Of a stretch of 20,000 nt of DNA, positions 16,801 through 20,000 are shown piece by piece. The stretch comes from an uncultured virus (IMG/VR IMGVR_UViG_3300030329_004422) (lineage: Duplodnaviria; Heunggongvirae; Uroviricota; Caudoviricetes): the IMG/VR virus record IMGVR_UViG_3300030329_004422; one strand, given 5' to 3'. The notes beneath the pieces are model-generated. The model did no database searches, was not told where the DNA came from, and saw only the letters and a program-made list of their open reading frames with translations. Each line of letters begins with the position of its first letter. Positions within the stretch are counted from its first letter, which is position 1. Made by a program: the position numbers and the translations under genes.

Positions 16801-17129
16801 AGATTGAAGTCGATCACCCCGGTGGTACTCGGACTAAATACTTTCACGGTAGTGGAATTCCAGAAAATATTCAGGTCGGCGACCAACTCGATGCTGGCGC
16901 TACTATCATGTTTGCTGGTTCTTCTGGTGTTTACACAAGTGGACCCAAGAAAGGTCAACGCTCATCTACTGGACCACACCTTCACTTTGAAGTCGGCAAA
17001 ATGGAAGGTGGTCAATTCGTACAGATGGACCCTGAAGATGTTTTTCCTGAAATATTCGGTCAGTATAGAAGAAAGGGAGAAGATCAAGGGAACCCGAGCG
17101 ATGAAGATGTGTTGATGAGATCCATGTAA
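13860..17129 (+). CDS. Large putative internal virion protein with C-terminal M23 (LytM/lysostaphin-type) metallopeptidase
   Basis: 1089 aa. Helical N-terminus, acidic and Pro-Ala linkers. C-terminal HLGID (HxxxD, from 16695), TKYFH, and STGPHLHFEV (HxH, 16977-16985) are the canonical M23 zinc-binding motifs. Confidence 0.85.
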   Translation: MASGLEFVGRLNDSLKSSASTYIKSKSAERADAQKILDSIDKEINYRERLITRYQSSTTRGKQAFGAYAQLYAKLSDLQSENFDLIESDRRKIDEELEKLEAKNNVYYKDALKAIRNIDSQIKQMEIGQGLPGDIVGAIVSRLNNDKVSDEARLAFFALLANKVEREKYPNSDELLNEIKRETAIVVKTGIDPINSANKPDSLDPRIEASIHTPAITDEFKTKVHNNPVLQAKFLGRVVTKSQDHSPAIRELHRLMFEGGTEGLSDVQVAQKVVNSIATSVPNTIDINQQGQITIVEGANSGDTSKAIDLLKRSGIEPGTTIAEAGRALKVQSGREDLGSLTNEIAELKQRREIAVENLARTPRLSTSKLALLDHPILRVPGFREAIGTVSARRTTPSVIGAQTTDPAGPGFDPDDYAFDGSVEVIDTDAEIMGDDDEDDGKPARLLSEALDSESGLTAGPDFDPDQLPDYDPSRVSLANRDDSVFRQGGADVVGGLPPLLAEDLKEIAGGVPVIAAVATRIEKSLTDAINQSEQAGVDPVANDRAQANLANIIEDFNQLPENIRRAFPRSFVSALGDMETKGANPEQQIVQIQNALPSLKDVALTGQSVGEYIATVDPNDPDQIEGLGNLLEFVDNPEALGDRASVLVGMEQARPKRDSKGYFGLSPLGTDILGGVGKRLRNALEDDTDPTASNRIKSLITRAQKLSAENDFYDTPGAYGNNRFFDILEEEPVAKPAEPAPAPTPAPAPPPTGENVVEIDGEFVDLSPLMAPGPQAESPLTPAAAPKPAPTPAPVKTPDSPPVDTEDKDFTSIRNLTSEQIKVVNTTLDFADKNPDKADAAIGSLSKALNVPIEDLKNFRKGPTTMGNPASPKMTDAEIKASLMRSINTLAEGADREQEIIDTLAEGADDPKPTITVRPTISNVINRPFFTEPRDHPILDDARGHLGIDLAAKEGDPVRLIASGTVSSVKRDPMGSAGIKIEVDHPGGTRTKYFHGSGIPENIQVGDQLDAGATIMFAGSSGVYTSGPKKGQRSSTGPHLHFEVGKMEGGQFVQMDPEDVFPEIFGQYRRKGEDQGNPSDEDVLMRSM
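15079..15257 (+). repeat. Intragenic direct repeat, 26 nt x2, 1 mismatch
   Basis: CTGCTGGTCCGG(G/A)TTTTGATCCAGAT at 15079-15104 and 15232-15257, encoding AGP(G/D)FDPD. Confidence 0.85.
16527..16589 (+). repeat. Intragenic perfect direct repeat, 21 nt x2, period 42
   Basis: ACGCTTGCAGAAGGCGCCGAC at 16527-16547 and 16569-16589 (TLAEGAD twice), just before the M23 domain. Confidence 0.9.
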
Positions 17130-17170
17130 TCTTGATACGATACTTTTCGACATTCTTCTCTGGATAAATT

Positions 17171-20000
17171 GTGGCACAACAAGACGACCTTATTGAGTAC
17201 TCAGAAGCCGATAAGGCTATGATTGAAGCTGCTTCAGGCTCTATCGAAGCGCTTTCAGGTGATGTTTTTCCAGAGTTGCCCGATGTTCCTGAAGGTGAGG
17301 CTCTTGAGCCTATACAGATTCCAGAACAGCCAATCGACATTCTGAGAGCAAAAGTAGCTGAGACAGGACAAGCATACACTGAAGCCACTTTTGATGACAT
17401 ATATGGTTCAGGTCGAAACGGCATAAGTGGAGCAGATGCTCTGCAAGAATTAGACAAAGTTGTTCAATCCTACGGCTTCGTCGTAGGTGATCAACCGGGC
17501 TCTGGTTTATTGCCTGGAATGCTTGCTCCTGTTGCAACTGCAGCACCGACTGCTCATATCTTTCAACAGCAACTTGAATACGCAAAGCGAAACAAAAACG
17601 AACAGGTAGTACACCCAAGGTTCAAAGATTTTAGAGGCCAAGCCCCTGAAACGCTTATGACAATGGAAGCAGCAAGGGCTGCAAATCTTGTTGATGAAAA
17701 TGATAACCTTCGTGATGTTCGTGAAATATTCGGGTACGAAATCAACAATGAAGACCTAAGAAACCTTACGCTTGGAGCGGGCGCTACGCTGGCCTTGCGT
17801 GGAGCCTATAAGGGCGTCCAGATGGGTAGAGTTGGTGGTGTTTACGGCATGGCCGGTGGAGCCGTTGCTGGCTTTGTTTTGGGCGGTTTACAGGGCCTTG
17901 GTTTGGGTACTGGTGGTTCTATTGCTGGTCTTGCCTATCTGGACAAACCAGACGATTATTCTGCTGTAGACTTTACCGTCGATTCTGCAAAGAGGCTCTA
18001 CACCAACTTGGGTATGCCTGACGATGCTGCAGACTTTCTTGTTTTGATGGCTGAAAAGTCTCGGGATGAAACTGTCGGTGACGTAGTTGCTTTGGGCGAC
18101 AAGCTTGGTGTTCCAGAAGCACAGCAGTTTGCCGATAAGTACAACCTGAAAGATAATCAGGTGTTTTCGGAAACTATTCAAAAGGCTGTGGATAAGTACG
18201 AATCAGACTTGAAAACAGAAAACTTCCCAAGCGAGATGGCTGACCTTGGCGATATCCTCACCATCAGCCTTCTATTTAACGATGAGGCGGCAGAGGTTCG
18301 TGGTCGAGATCTTGTGGAAAAGACCGGCAATGAGTTTCTTAAAGACTTGATTGATCTGCAAACCAAGATCACAGAGCACCCTGATTACATAGATGCTCGC
18401 GCTATCGTCAAAGAAGATTTGCTGGAAAAGAAGGAAATAGAATTAGATATTGAGTCGCGGTATCAAAAGCCTACAGATGCAGACGCACAGCTTAGAAAAG
18501 TTTTTGAGCGTGTGGAGTCCGGTACATTAGACGGCAGTCAAAAGCATACAGAGTTTCGGACAATACTTTCTCAACTTTCATACGATGAAATACATCCTGA
18601 GTTGAGAAAATCTGAACCAAACATTGATGCATTCAAAGAGGTTGCACGGATCATTCCAAGTGATCACAAGATCATGTCGGGAGATCTTTTGCACCCGAAT
18701 GTACTTAATGCGATCCGATTGGTTCATAGTGAGGGTGAAAACACCGAGGTGCAGCAGCTATTGAACAGAATACCTATTGGTGTTTTTGATCAGACATCGC
18801 TTCTCTCTCCCGTCACGAAGGAGACCGTCCCATCCAACAAAGAGATTGATGCTTGGGCCAAAAAGTCTATCGAAAAGTATCAAGCAAGAGGCGGTAGAGC
18901 AGGCCCGGTTTGGGAACGTGCCGGTCTTGGCATGATGATGGATAAAGCCGAAAACGACGAAATCGGCACGTATTTCAAGCGATCCACTCTTGCTGAATTG
19001 CTTAACTACGCTGGCATTGTGCCAACTGGTTTATCTGAGTTGGAGATTGGCGTCAGCAGCGAGCAACTTGAGCCGCTGTTTGAAAAGCTTGGTGTGCCTG
19101 GAGGTCTGTACTTGCCAACGCCTGCGGGTGTTGACCGGATGTTGGAGTTGGGCATTCGACCACCCGATGCAGATTTTTATGCAAGAACCGATGCACGACT
19201 CAAGACTATGACTGGTGGGTTTCAGGTCGGCTATGTCGAGATCGCTCGAAGGCTTGGATACAACCCTGGTGACGCTGCATACAACCGGCTTCAAACGCTT
19301 GGGTTTTTCTTAGATAGCTTCATGAATCTGGAAAAACATGCGTTCAAATTCAGTGGTAGGGTCCGTCAAGCTACTTTGAATGTACCATCTGCGATCAAAC
19401 AATTTAAAGGCGCTCCACAGGGATACAAGTATCGAGCGTCGAAAGAAGCGTTGTTGTCTGGTGTTATCGATCGAAAGTCATCTGATCCGAGCGTTCGACA
19501 CAACTCAATGATTCAAGAAATGGCTCTTGATATGCAGCTTCAGGGTCGCAATATCTTGGACCCATCTGAAGGGTTTATAACGCCTGCAGAGTTGGAGTTG
19601 TTTAGGCGAATTGCATATTTAACTGATCGTGATGCCGAGTTGTATATCACTGCTTCTGCAGTTGCCGCTGACGACATTATGGCTGTCCAAAGAACATCAA
19701 GACAACTGATACGACAAGTTGATTCGAATGACATTACGGCTTTCAGACTTTCTGCTGATTACCGTAGAATCAATGCAGAGGTTCAGGATCTTGTAAGCCA
19801 GGGACTGATCACTGTAAAAGACAAGCAACAGTTTATGTCGATTTTGGAGCACCAATCATTCCGGTTGGCGCTTCAGCCTGACACTCCGTTTATTAGCCCT
19901 GTTGATGTTTTATCTGATTTAAGAGTCACGATAGATCGTCAACCTCGCGCTCATGCTCGATTTATGGGAGTGAAGCCAACTTTAGACGATGCCGATGTCA
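17171..20000 (+). CDS. Very large putative internal virion/DNA-transfer protein, 3'-truncated (>943 aa)
   Basis: Absent from the ORF track because it has no stop in the window. Translated by hand, frame 2 is open from GTG 17171 (MAQQDDLIEYSEADKAMIEAASG...) to the end (...FMGVKPTLDDADV). Mostly helical, with a Gly-zipper hydrophobic segment at 17765-17941. Alternative start ATG 17219. Confidence 0.8.
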   Translation, partial: MAQQDDLIEYSEADKAMIEAASGSIEALSGDVFPELPDVPEGEALEPIQIPEQPIDILRAKVAETGQAYTEATFDDIYGSGRNGISGADALQELDKVVQSYGFVVGDQPGSGLLPGMLAPVATAAPTAHIFQQQLEYAKRNKNEQVVHPRFKDFRGQAPETLMTMEAARAANLVDENDNLRDVREIFGYEINNEDLRNLTLGAGATLALRGAYKGVQMGRVGGVYGMAGGAVAGFVLGGLQGLGLGTGGSIAGLAYLDKPDDYSAVDFTVDSAKRLYTNLGMPDDAADFLVLMAEKSRDETVGDVVALGDKLGVPEAQQFADKYNLKDNQVFSETIQKAVDKYESDLKTENFPSEMADLGDILTISLLFNDEAAEVRGRDLVEKTGNEFLKDLIDLQTKITEHPDYIDARAIVKEDLLEKKEIELDIESRYQKPTDADAQLRKVFERVESGTLDGSQKHTEFRTILSQLSYDEIHPELRKSEPNIDAFKEVARIIPSDHKIMSGDLLHPNVLNAIRLVHSEGENTEVQQLLNRIPIGVFDQTSLLSPVTKETVPSNKEIDAWAKKSIEKYQARGGRAGPVWERAGLGMMMDKAENDEIGTYFKRSTLAELLNYAGIVPTGLSELEIGVSSEQLEPLFEKLGVPGGLYLPTPAGVDRMLELGIRPPDADFYARTDARLKTMTGGFQVGYVEIARRLGYNPGDAAYNRLQTLGFFLDSFMNLEKHAFKFSGRVRQATLNVPSAIKQFKGAPQGYKYRASKEALLSGVIDRKSSDPSVRHNSMIQEMALDMQLQGRNILDPSEGFITPAELELFRRIAYLTDRDAELYITASAVAADDIMAVQRTSRQLIRQVDSNDITAFRLSADYRRINAEVQDLVSQGLITVKDKQQFMSILEHQSFRLALQPDTPFISPVDVLSDLRVTIDRQPRAHARFMGVKPTLDDADV

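Noticed and set aside
17130..17170. TGGATAAATTG resembling TGGTAAATTG at 2585-2594 as a shared phage late promoter
   Set aside because: Only two short imperfect matches, and the second overlaps the start codon and likely SD; insufficient support.

Overview
The window is the virion-morphogenesis operon of a tailed dsDNA bacteriophage (Caudoviricetes) with podovirus-like (P22/T7-type) architecture. All credible genes are on the + strand and tightly packed, using the standard genetic code. Order: portal C-terminal part (5'-truncated), double zinc-ribbon (FmdB-like) protein, acidic/Pro-rich unknown, scaffolding protein, major capsid protein, hairpin, capsid decoration protein, terminator, enlarged head-tail adaptor, nozzle (tail tubular B-like), three paralogous short tail appendage proteins, two small ejection-protein-like genes, a small fibre/decoration-like protein, a 1089-aa putative internal virion protein with a C-terminal M23 peptidase, and a >943-aa protein running off the 3' end (missing from the ORF track). 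No tail tube, sheath or tape measure gene, prohead protease, tRNA, CRISPR or IS was seen. The most unusual points are a ~140-aa insertion in the portal, a shared FN3-like insertion in adaptor and nozzle, the triplet of divergent appendage paralogues, and an ejection module whose cell-wall hydrolase is an M23 endopeptidase. All functional calls rest on motif recognition and synteny; no database search was run.
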